A stretch of DNA of 64,000 bases from an uncultured archaeon (lineage in GTDB: Archaea; Thermoproteota; Nitrososphaeria; Nitrososphaerales; Gagatemarchaeaceae). The notes below the pieces were generated by a model. It was not told the DNA's origin, did not search any database, and saw only the letters and a list, made by a program, of their open reading frames with translations. Position 1 is the stretch's first letter, and every line of letters begins with the position of its first letter. Below, piece after piece: positions 28,452 through 36,649 of the stretch. The translations under genes and the position numbers were made by a program. The stretch is from assembly GCA_963817525.1 (NCBI GenBank), contig CAWFOU010000001.1:288001-352000 (forward strand), read 5' to 3'.

Positions 28452-29819
28452 CACGTCAGGGGAAATCCCAGGTGCTTCAGCCCTGGGATGAATGAAAGCG
28501 AGGCGCTTTTATACGAAAAGAGACATCTCCGGGCAGATGCCTTCCGCGCTGCGCTTCCGTCTCTATCCGTCGCGCAAGCAGGAGGAGAGGATGCTGCGCT
28601 CGCTCGCGTCGTGCCGAAGTCTCTGGAACGACGCCCTGGCGCACCGGAGAAGCAGATGGCAGGACAAGCGCATATCAACATCGTACGACCTCCAGCAATG
28701 GATCCTGACCGAGGAGCGGCACCTGGATCCCGAGCTCGGAACTCTCTACTCTCAAGTTGGTCAGGATGTCCTCCATCGCCTCGACAGGGCGTTCAAAGGC
28801 TTCTTCAATCACCAATCAGGATATCCGAAGTTTAAGAAGTTCTCGACTAGTGGCTCGTTCACGTACCCGCAGGCGTACAACGGGTCGGTCAAGCCCGACG
28901 TTCGAAGAAGCCGCTTGTACGTCTCGAAGATCGGCAACATCCCGGCTGTCTTCCATCGTCAGCTTCCCAAGGCCTCTAGGATGAAGACGTGCACGCTGAC
29001 CAGAGAGCCAGACGGCAAGTGGTTCGCGTCGATGGTCTTCGAGGAGGTCGTCCCGCTGCAGGATCTGTCGGGACAGGTTACCGTGATTCCAAGCAAGCCG
29101 GTCGGGGTGGACCTTGGCCTCCTCTCGCTCATCGTCACCTCCGACGGCGAGGGCGTCGAGCATCCGCGCTTCCTCCGCAAGTCAGAGAAGCGGCTGAAGC
29201 GCCTCCAGCGCGTCTTCTCCCACAAGAAGAAGGGCTCTAAGAACAGGTCCAAGGCACGACAGCGCGTCGCGTCCCAGCACGCGAAGGTCGGACGCCAGCG
29301 CCTCGACTTCAACCACAAGCTCTCTTCGAATCTCGTCAAACGGCACGATTTCATCGCGTTCGAGGACCTTCGCATAGAGAACATGGTCAAGAACCACAGG
29401 CTGGCCAAATCGATCCAGGACGCGGCTTGGGGTCAGCTCATTACATTGACAGAGTACAAGACCCTGAAGGTCGGCTCACGCATCGTCAAGGTCCCTCCAG
29501 CCTATACGACCCAGGAGTGCATGTACTGCGGCGCGCTCAACAAGATCTCTCTCGACGTACGAGAGTTCGGTTGCATCGGCTGCGGTCGCCACCTATATCG
29601 CGACCACAACGCCGCAAACGTGGTGCTGAAGCGCGGCCTGGCCATCGCGGGCCTTGTCGTCGCATCGAAGGTAGGGCAGGTCATGCCCGATCTCAAGCCT
29701 ATGGAGACCAGGCCCCTGTTCCTTCAGACAACTGGGAGAGCAAGCAAGGTCAATGAAGCAGGAACTATACGCCCGCAAGGGCTGGAAGCCCACGGCCTCC
29801 AGCCGTGAGAGGATGTCAC
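28452..29819 (+). mobile_element. IS200/IS605-family non-autonomous element (tnpB only, IS1341-like)
   Basis: Preceded by TTTAA; left-end hairpin ATCCCAGG-tgcttcagc-CCTGGGAT; right end GAAGCCCACGGCCTCCAGCCGTGAGAGGATGTCAC; no tnpA. Confidence 0.88.
28537..29808 (+). CDS. tnpB: RNA-guided endonuclease TnpB
   Basis: FRLYP HTH, RuvC GVDLG / AFEDL / RDHNAA intact, CMYC..CIGC Zn finger. Confidence 0.95.
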   Translation: MPSALRFRLYPSRKQEERMLRSLASCRSLWNDALAHRRSRWQDKRISTSYDLQQWILTEERHLDPELGTLYSQVGQDVLHRLDRAFKGFFNHQSGYPKFKKFSTSGSFTYPQAYNGSVKPDVRRSRLYVSKIGNIPAVFHRQLPKASRMKTCTLTREPDGKWFASMVFEEVVPLQDLSGQVTVIPSKPVGVDLGLLSLIVTSDGEGVEHPRFLRKSEKRLKRLQRVFSHKKKGSKNRSKARQRVASQHAKVGRQRLDFNHKLSSNLVKRHDFIAFEDLRIENMVKNHRLAKSIQDAAWGQLITLTEYKTLKVGSRIVKVPPAYTTQECMYCGALNKISLDVREFGCIGCGRHLYRDHNAANVVLKRGLAIAGLVVASKVGQVMPDLKPMETRPLFLQTTGRASKVNEAGTIRPQGLEAHGLQP

Positions 29820-29846
29820 GCGGAGTCGGAGGGGTTCGAGTCTAAC

Positions 29847-30395
29847 TTGGCCTCACCTCGCACGCGGCTGTGGCTGGTCACCGGCCCCCCCGGGATAGGC
29901 AAGTCCACGCTCGTCTCCAAGGTGGTCTTCGCGGTCAGGTCGAAGGGGCTCGGGGTCGGGGGCTGCCTCACGCGGGAGGTGCGGAAGGGCCGGGAGCGGA
30001 CGGGCTTCCGGCTGATCGACCTGCTCAGCGGGAACGAGGCGGAGCTGGCCTCGGTCGGCGGGCTAGGCCCGCGGGTGGGCAAATACCGAGTCAACATCAC
30101 GAACCTCTCCTCGCTGGGGGCGGGGTCCCTCCTCCGCGCCGCGGAGGTAGCGGACCTCATTGTCATCGACGAGGTAGGCCCGATGGAGCTCACGAGCCCC
30201 GAGTTCAGGAAGGGGGTGAAGGCCTGCCTCGCTTCCGGCAAGCCGATGCTCGTCGTTCTGCACGAGAGCATGAAGGACCCGCTCATGACGGAGATCACCG
30301 AGCAGCCGGACAAGGAGTTCGTCGAGCTTACCCTCCACAACAGGGAGGGGGTCTCCCAGCAGCTCCCCGAGCAGATTGCCTTAAGCCTCGGATAG
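29847..30395 (+). CDS. Nucleoside-triphosphatase (THEP1/NTPase_1 family)
   Basis: VTGPPGIGKST, GGCLTREVR, RVGKYRV, IDEVGPMEL. Confidence 0.92.
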   Translation: MASPRTRLWLVTGPPGIGKSTLVSKVVFAVRSKGLGVGGCLTREVRKGRERTGFRLIDLLSGNEAELASVGGLGPRVGKYRVNITNLSSLGAGSLLRAAEVADLIVIDEVGPMELTSPEFRKGVKACLASGKPMLVVLHESMKDPLMTEITEQPDKEFVELTLHNREGVSQQLPEQIALSLG

Positions 30396-30411
30396 TAGGA
30401 GCCTAGCAGGC

Positions 30412-31516
30412 ATGCGTCTCGGCGGCGTGGCCTTGTCTATTGTGACTTCCCGCACCTGACATCTGCGCTGAAATAGGTCTCGCCATTCTCCATTTACGAA
30501 AACCTCAGGCCAAGACTTGGCGCAGACAGTAGGACTCTGGCTGGCAGAAGGTGACCACAAAACGCTCCGCGAGGTTACATTCACCAACAATGACCCGAAA
30601 CTCATTTCCTTTTTTCACCTTGTTCTTTGGAAATACTTCAGGCCACGCAACCCCGCGAGAATCTATGTGTATTGGCCGTCTGAGGACATCACTTTCCAAC
30701 GGTCTGTCCCGGGTGCGGTCTACAGGATTTATGTTGACCGTCGGGCCAACACGCCCTATTACATTTACAGAGTGTCTGGAGTTGAATTGGTGAGAGTCTG
30801 GAGAAGGACGGAGCGGGCGATATGCGCTGAACCGAGAAATTATCGAGGAATACTTCAGGGTTTTTTCGCCGGCGAGGGCAACGTCAAGGACATCGTCGGC
30901 CACCATTCCAGAGTCCTCAGAATCGCTCAAGGCAAGAGACTCGGTCTTCTTGAGCGGATTTTGCGCTCTTTCGATGTGAGCTTCACTTACGAACCTTCGG
31001 AAAGAGCCTATGTAATTTCGGGACGAGAGAATCTAGAGAAGTTATGGAGAATCAGCATAAGCGAACTGCATTCGAAGAAACAGGCAAGATTTACAGCCAT
31101 GATGTCCTCGTACCAACAGTATCATTACGGGCGTCAGTTTCTCGGTCCCCGAATTTCAGAGATTCTCTCTTCCCCGCTGACCACTACCGAAGTTGCCGAC
31201 AGAGTCGAGGTAAATCAAGGGTTAGTCAGGTCCTGACCGCGCTCAACCGGAATGGTGAGGTCGAAATGTTCAAGGTAAGAAGCTCGTGCTACTGGATTAG
31301 GAGCGACCAACGATGCGTGATAATTTCCAACGAGAAGTCCAAAATCCTCAAATTGCTTTCTTCCCCTCTCCGAACATGCGAGATCGCCCGGCGTGTTGCT
31401 CGGACGGAAAAGTCGGTTTCGAAAAGACTAGCAGAGTTGATAGGCTCGGACTGGTTGAGAGAGCAAACTCTAATTGGCGAGCAATCGAGGTATCAAAGCG
31501 GGTGATTGTCAAATAA
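30412..31516 (+). pseudogene. Two-motif LAGLIDADG endonuclease-like gene with tandem C-terminal wHTH, frameshifted
   Basis: GLWLAEGD..VTFTNND and GFFAGEG motifs; C-terminal frames give SPLTTTEVADRV/KSRVSQVL and SPLRTCEIARRV..SVSKRLAEL/RLGLV; shifts near 31208 and 31439; lower GC than flanks. Confidence 0.75.
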
Positions 31517-32192
31517 AGCTCATCGCTGGGGTCGATGAGGCCGGGAGAGAGCGCGACGAAAAGTCGCCTCCCCGCGAGGTTGTGTACTCGGCCCCCTCGC
31601 GGTCGCCGGCGTCTCGATAGAATCGTCGAGATTGGAGGAGCTCGCCGAGCTCGGCGTCAAGGACTCGAAGATGCTCTCGCCAGAGCAGCGGGAGGCGATG
31701 TACCCCGAGATCCTGAGGATCTGCGACCGCGTGGAGGTCTCTCGCATCCCGCCGAAGATGATAGACCGCTACGTCAGCAGGGGGAAGAAGTACAGGCGCC
31801 TCAACTATCTCGAGACCATCCACATGGCGAAGGTAATCGACGCGCTGGGGGTCGACGAGGTCTTCGTGGACGCCCCGGACGTCAACCCGGTGAGGTTCAA
31901 GGCGGAGCTTGAGGAGCTGCTTTCGTGCAGGCCGAGGATAGTCGCCGAGCACAAGGCGGACGTGAACTACGCCGTCGTCTCCGCCGCGTCGATCGTCGCG
32001 AAGGTCGAGAGGGACAGCGACATCGCCCAGCTCAGGGAGATCCACGGGGACTTTGGGTCCGGCTACCCCTCCGATCCCGACACGATAGCGTTCCTCGAGT
32101 CGTGGGTCAAGGCCAACAGCTCGCAGCCAGAGTTCGCCAGGAAGAGCTGGAAGACCTGGGAAAGGATCTTCGTCTACGCTACCCTGGACTAG
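31474..32192 (+). CDS. rnhB: Ribonuclease HII, intron-containing: join(31474..31547,31577..32192)
   Basis: IAGVDEAGR|GCVLGPLAVAGV is restored only after removing 29 nt; then GVKDSK, HKAD, VSAASIVAKVERD, GSGYPSDP; TTG 31474 start is tentative. Confidence 0.93.
31548..31576 (+). other. 29-nt BHB mRNA intron in rnhB
   Basis: CGGG-AG^A-GAG-c-GCGAC-gaaaa-GTCGC-CTC-CCCG-CG^A; 4-bp helix CGGG/CCCG with two 3-nt bulges. Confidence 0.88.
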
Positions 32193-32193
32193 C

Positions 32194-32883
32194 TCAGGGC
32201 ATCTTCGCCGAGATCAGCGCGTGGTCCTTGTCAAAGGGGCGCAGGTCGATCACCCTCTCTACGACGAACCCCGCCTCGTTCAGCTTCTGCGCCTCCTCCC
32301 TGAACACTAGCTTGGGGTCCTTGAGCTGGTCGATGCTCCTGGCCTTCACGATGAGAAGGAGCCTCCCTCCCTCCTTGAGGTGCCTCTTCGCGTTCTCCAT
32401 GGCAATCTCCGTCTGGTCCCTCTGCGCGATGTCGCAGTAGACGACGTCCATCTTCCCGAACTCCCCGAACCTCTCCGTCTCCCGGGCGTCCGAGATGAAC
32501 GGGATGACGTTCCCCCTCGCCTTCGCTACCTTCTCGAGGAACTCCCGGCCCACGCGGGCGGACATCTCCACGCCGACCACCAGCCCCTCGCCCCCCACGA
32601 TGTCCGAGACGTGCGAGGCCGTGGTGCCCGTCGAGGCGCCCAGGTAGAGGACCTTGTCCCCCGCCTTGATGATGTCAGGGTCCAGCTCGCCCTTGAGGAT
32701 GGCTCCGGCGAGCTTGCTCCTGTAGGGGTCCCAGCTGCGGTACTCACTGCCGTGGATCCTCAGAAGGTCTTCGTCGTATACCCTATTGCCCGGGACGAGG
32801 TTTCTTGTAAAAACGCTTGTCCTTCCGTCCTCCCGGTTTCCTCTCCGCCCCCGGCCTTCCATAACGAGGACGTTGGTTGTCAT
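32194..32883 (-). CDS. flpA: Fibrillarin (box C/D 2'-O-methyltransferase)
   Basis: WDPYRSKL, VLYLGASTGTTASHVSD, DIAQRDQ, KARSID, PFDKDH. Confidence 0.96.
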   Translation of the reverse strand: MTTNVLVMEGRGRRGNREDGRTSVFTRNLVPGNRVYDEDLLRIHGSEYRSWDPYRSKLAGAILKGELDPDIIKAGDKVLYLGASTGTTASHVSDIVGGEGLVVGVEMSARVGREFLEKVAKARGNVIPFISDARETERFGEFGKMDVVYCDIAQRDQTEIAMENAKRHLKEGGRLLLIVKARSIDQLKDPKLVFREEAQKLNEAGFVVERVIDLRPFDKDHALISAKMP

Positions 32884-34024
32884 TTCGGCGGAACTCTCTT
32901 CGCTGCTCGGGTCGCGGCGGCGGTGGCTCCTTATACTTTATCTTGATCTCGGCGAGCCTCTTCTCGAACAGGCCCGTCAGCTCGTTGGCCTTGGTCCCCC
33001 TGTAGTAGTCGATCCGGGCGGCGATGGCTATCTTGTTGGCCAGGGTCCTAGCGATCTTGCCCCTCTGCCACTTCGGGGCCATGTGGACCGCCTCGTGCTG
33101 GAAGAGTATGCCGTGCTTCGGGGGCCTCGACCCCGTCCTTATGGCCCTGAAGAGCGCCTTCTCCGCGCCCAGTACCTGTATCGTGCTCGCGGGCAGCCTC
33201 GCCATCCTCTCGAGCCCCCCGGCCCTCGCGATGAGCCTCGCGCCGATCGTTGCCCCTGCGACCTGCGTGATGTTGGGGGCGATCTTGTTCATGGTCGAGT
33301 CGACGGTCTCTGCCATCTTCTCCCTCTCGTTGGCGGTCTTGACCGCGAGCTCGGCCAGGCCGACGATCCGATGCATGTCCTTCTCGGAGATCGTCCCTCC
33401 CTTGGACTTCTCCGACGCCAGCATTATCGCCTCTGCCTTCTTGCCGGCGTAGCCCTGCTTCTCAAGCGCCTCTTCGTCGAAGGTCCCGCGCCTCCCTATC
33501 TCGATTATCAGCTTGGCGAGGGCGAGGTTGTCCTTCAGGATGTCCTGCAGCTCGGGGAAGTGCAGGCTATACCATTCCATCGTCCTCTCCGTCGTGATAT
33601 TGAGGAAGCGGTCGAGCTCGTCGAGGGCCTGGATGGCGTTGACGAGGTGCAGGTCCTCCTTGGAGGAGGCCTCGCTCACCTCGTGCTCGGCCGCCGCGAT
33701 CGCGCGGGCCCTCGCCTCTCCTATGGCGCTCCCAGCGTCTCGAGCGAGCCCCGCCTTTGCCATTATCGCAGCCTTCCTAGAGTCGAGGTCGTCGCGCTCC
33801 TCGTCGGTCGCTATCGACGTCTCGATCCCGAACTCCTCCATCTTCTCCTTCGCAGGCATGCTGGAGACCTTGAGGCGGGAGATGCCCTTGCGCTTGACCC
33901 CCTCGGCGACCCTCTCCAGCTTCTCATCCCTCTCCATCGCCTCGGCCCTCTCCGAGACGAGGACGTCGTCCCCCTGGACGACTATGAACCCCGCCTCCGT
34001 CTCGTAGAGAATCGGCTCTGGCAA
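32783..34024 (-). CDS. nop5: Box C/D RNP protein Nop5 (Nop56/58)
   Basis: EWYSLHFPEL, APN, PASTIQVLGAEKALF, PKHGILFQ, RGKIAR..AARIDY; start estimated at TTG 34024. Confidence 0.95.
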   Translation of the reverse strand: MPEPILYETEAGFIVVQGDDVLVSERAEAMERDEKLERVAEGVKRKGISRLKVSSMPAKEKMEEFGIETSIATDEERDDLDSRKAAIMAKAGLARDAGSAIGEARARAIAAAEHEVSEASSKEDLHLVNAIQALDELDRFLNITTERTMEWYSLHFPELQDILKDNLALAKLIIEIGRRGTFDEEALEKQGYAGKKAEAIMLASEKSKGGTISEKDMHRIVGLAELAVKTANEREKMAETVDSTMNKIAPNITQVAGATIGARLIARAGGLERMARLPASTIQVLGAEKALFRAIRTGSRPPKHGILFQHEAVHMAPKWQRGKIARTLANKIAIAARIDYYRGTKANELTGLFEKRLAEIKIKYKEPPPPRPEQRREFRRNDNQRPRYGRPGAERKPGGRKDKRFYKKPRPGQ

Positions 34025-34153
34025 GAAAAATTCGATTCCAGCGTCCGCGGGGCACGGATAAAGGTTGTCGCTGCGGGTTGAACTCACGCTCTTCGCCAAT
34101 CGGCGGCTGAGGTCCTTCGAACCGACGTGGGCGGTTAAATCATCTGATTCGAT

Positions 34154-34793
34154 GTGTTGATGTTGGAACTGAGGTTCTGTGGGTCCTGTGGAAGGGCGCT
34201 GGAGAGGACGAAAAACGCCAAGTTTTGCGACAGGGCTTGCTATGCGCAGGCAGTCAGAGATGGCATCACCTCGAACAATGGCCGCTTTCGAAAGGGCAAC
34301 CCGTCCCCCAAAAAGGCAGGACGCTCGAATCTTGGGTCGGGGAGGAGAGAGCTCAAGAGATCAGAAACAGGATGTCTCAATCGTCGAAAGGGAAGGCCCC
34401 TTGGCTTAGAAGGTTGAACGAAGATGCGGAAGTCTTGGCGAAGAGAAAGGCTTCACGAAGATTCCACGAAGCCACCGTCCAAGAACTCGTCAAGCAATTC
34501 AGGAAGCTTGGTTGGAAGTGTTACACGCTGTCCGAATACGTCAGGGAAACGAGAACACCTGACGCGATTCTGTTTGACGGGAGAGAGCTCGTTGCGCTGG
34601 AGTGGAGCTGAAGAAGAAATGGAAGCCCAGCGCTGAGTTGATGACCCGGCGCCTGACCGATCTGAACGACCAATCGAGGTTCTTTGATAGGACAAGCCTG
34701 GTATTTCCAGACGAGAGGACTGAGCTGACCAAACAGATCCCCTCTTTCGTGGACGAGATATTGACTCACAAAAGATTATATCGGGACTCTTGA
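34154..34793 (+). pseudogene. Homing-endonuclease-like gene (Zn finger + NUMOD3-like + PD-(D/E)xK-type nuclease), two frameshifts
   Basis: CGSCG..FCDRAC; FRKGNPSPKK/GRTLE..EIRNRMSQSSKGKAPW; TPDAILFDGRELVALE/VELKK; shifts near 34316 and 34602; lower GC. Confidence 0.7.
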
Positions 34794-34823
34794 TGCTCGG
34801 AATCGGAGGACTGAAAACAAAAC

Positions 34824-35019
34824 ATGCCGACCCACGGGAGTCAGCAGCTAAGAGCAAGTCTTACTGCCTCCAATCACTAAGGCCGGAAAAGTTCGCAGCC
34901 AAACGCCGAAAATTGAGGGAAAGCCCCACAAGGGTAAGATCCCCAAGGTCAGGAACACCCGGACCTACGTGAAGAGATTCACACTAAAGAGAAAGCCCGG
35001 ACAGAATTGGAGACTTTAG
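34824..35019 (+). CDS. rps30e: 30S ribosomal protein S30e, intron-containing: join(34824..34842,34874..35019)
   Basis: Spliced product [54 protein letters not shown] (54 aa); absent from the ORF track. Confidence 0.93.
34843..34873 (+). other. 31-nt BHB mRNA intron in rps30e
   Basis: GGAG-TC^A-GCAG-c-TAAGA-gcaag-TCTTA-CTGC-CTCC-AA^T; 4-bp helix GGAG/CTCC with two 3-nt bulges. Confidence 0.9.
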
Positions 35020-36626
35020 ACTCCAATCCTCCCTCGGAAGGAGAGCTGGCGGCAGTCTCCTCGATTGTCGCCTCCATCCTCTCAGGGGACGTCACGTCCC
35101 GCCCCCACCTGGAGCGGGCCAAGAAGGAGGCCGCGAAGCGCTATCGTCTCGGCAAGTTCCTCAAGAACTCTCAGATCTACCTCGCGCTCTCACCAGAGGA
35201 GCGAGAAGGGAGGAAGGAGATGTTCCGCGTCCACCCCCGGAGGAGCGCCTCCGGAATCGTCATCGTCACTGTCTTCACGTCCCCTGCCAGCTGCCCCCAC
35301 GGCACCTGCGTCTACTGCCCGGGCGGCCCCTCCATGGGGACGCCCCAGAGCTACGTCCCTGACGGCCCCAGCATGAGAGGCGCGCGCGGGGTCGGCTTCG
35401 ACCCCTTCCTCCAGGCGCAGAAGATGCTCAGGAAGTACCTAGACCGCGGGCACGAGGCCTCGAAGGTCGAGCTGATGGTGGAGGGCGGGACCTTCCTCGC
35501 GATGCCGAGGGGATACCAGGAGTGGTTCATCAAGGGGGCGTTTGACGGCCTCAACTGCGCGCAGACTCCTTCTGTGTCTCTCGAGGAGGCACACACGGCA
35601 AACGAGTCGGCGGAGTACAGGTCAGTGGGCCTCACCATAGAGACCAAGCCTGACTGGTGCCGGCCCGAGCACGTCGACATGCTCCTCTCGTACGGGGTCA
35701 CCAAGGTGGAGATAGGGGTCCAAGCCCTAAGGGACGACATACTCGCGAGGAGCAACCGGGGCCACACCGTCCAGGACACGCTCGACGCGTTCCGCGTGGC
35801 GCGGGACGCCGGGCTCAAGGTCGCGGCCCACATGATGCCGGGGCTCCCCGGCTCCAACCCGGAGGACGACCTCGCCGACCTCCTGCGGCTGTTCGAGGAA
35901 GAGTCCCTCCGCCCCGACATGATGAAGCTCTACCCCACCACCGTCGTGAAGGGGACGGCCCTCGCGAAGATGTGCGAAGCGGGGCTCTACGAGCCCTACG
36001 ACCTCGAAACCGTCGTCAGCCTAATCGCCGAGATGAAGGTGCACGTCCCGCCCTGGCACAGGATAATGAGGATACAGCGGGAGATACCCGAGGCCGACAT
36101 CGCGGCCGGCAACAAGGCGGGGAACCTCAGGGAGCTCGTCCTCGCAAGGGTGAAGGCCGACGGCCACTCGTGCGGCTGCATAAGGTGCCGCGAGGTGGGC
36201 ATGGACACCCCCTCCGACCTCCAGGGCGGCGAAGAGGGCGACCTCGTCCTGCGCGTCACGAGCTATCCTGCCTCGGGAGGCGCCGAGGTCTTCGCCACCT
36301 ACGAGTACGAAAGGTCGGGCAAGCTCGCGGGGTTCGTCAGGATGCGCTCCCCGTCCGAGAGGTCGCACCGGCCGGAGATGGGCGGAGCTTGCATAGTGAG
36401 GGAGCTCAAGGTCTACGGGAGGGTGGTCTCTGTGGGCTCGAGGGACGAGCAGGCCTTCCAGCACCGGGGGCTGGGACGCTCCCTCCTCGAGGAGATGGAG
36501 AAGGAGGCCTCTGAGCGCTTCGACGCTCGCACGCTCCTGGTGATGAGCGCCGTGGGGACGAGGAACTACTATAGGAAGCACGGCTACGAGAGGTCGGGCC
36601 CCTACGTGGGCAAGAGTCTGAAATAG
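35007..36626 (+). CDS. elp3: Elp3 tRNA uridine(34) acetyltransferase (radical SAM + KAT)
   Basis: CPHGTCVYCPGG, PQSY, GGTF, ETKPD, RIQREIP, VRELKVYG, QHRGLG. Confidence 0.95.
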   Translation: METLDSNPPSEGELAAVSSIVASILSGDVTSRPHLERAKKEAAKRYRLGKFLKNSQIYLALSPEEREGRKEMFRVHPRRSASGIVIVTVFTSPASCPHGTCVYCPGGPSMGTPQSYVPDGPSMRGARGVGFDPFLQAQKMLRKYLDRGHEASKVELMVEGGTFLAMPRGYQEWFIKGAFDGLNCAQTPSVSLEEAHTANESAEYRSVGLTIETKPDWCRPEHVDMLLSYGVTKVEIGVQALRDDILARSNRGHTVQDTLDAFRVARDAGLKVAAHMMPGLPGSNPEDDLADLLRLFEEESLRPDMMKLYPTTVVKGTALAKMCEAGLYEPYDLETVVSLIAEMKVHVPPWHRIMRIQREIPEADIAAGNKAGNLRELVLARVKADGHSCGCIRCREVGMDTPSDLQGGEEGDLVLRVTSYPASGGAEVFATYEYERSGKLAGFVRMRSPSERSHRPEMGGACIVRELKVYGRVVSVGSRDEQAFQHRGLGRSLLEEMEKEASERFDARTLLVMSAVGTRNYYRKHGYERSGPYVGKSLK

Positions 36627-36649
36627 CCCGCCCCGGCCACCCACGCGCC

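Noticed and set aside
31632-32192. rnhB as a 186-aa truncated protein or pseudogene
   Set aside because: The missing catalytic N-terminus is present upstream and joins in frame by canonical BHB splicing.
34790-34972. 60-aa ORF in the track
   Set aside because: Out-of-frame shadow over the intron-split rps30e gene.
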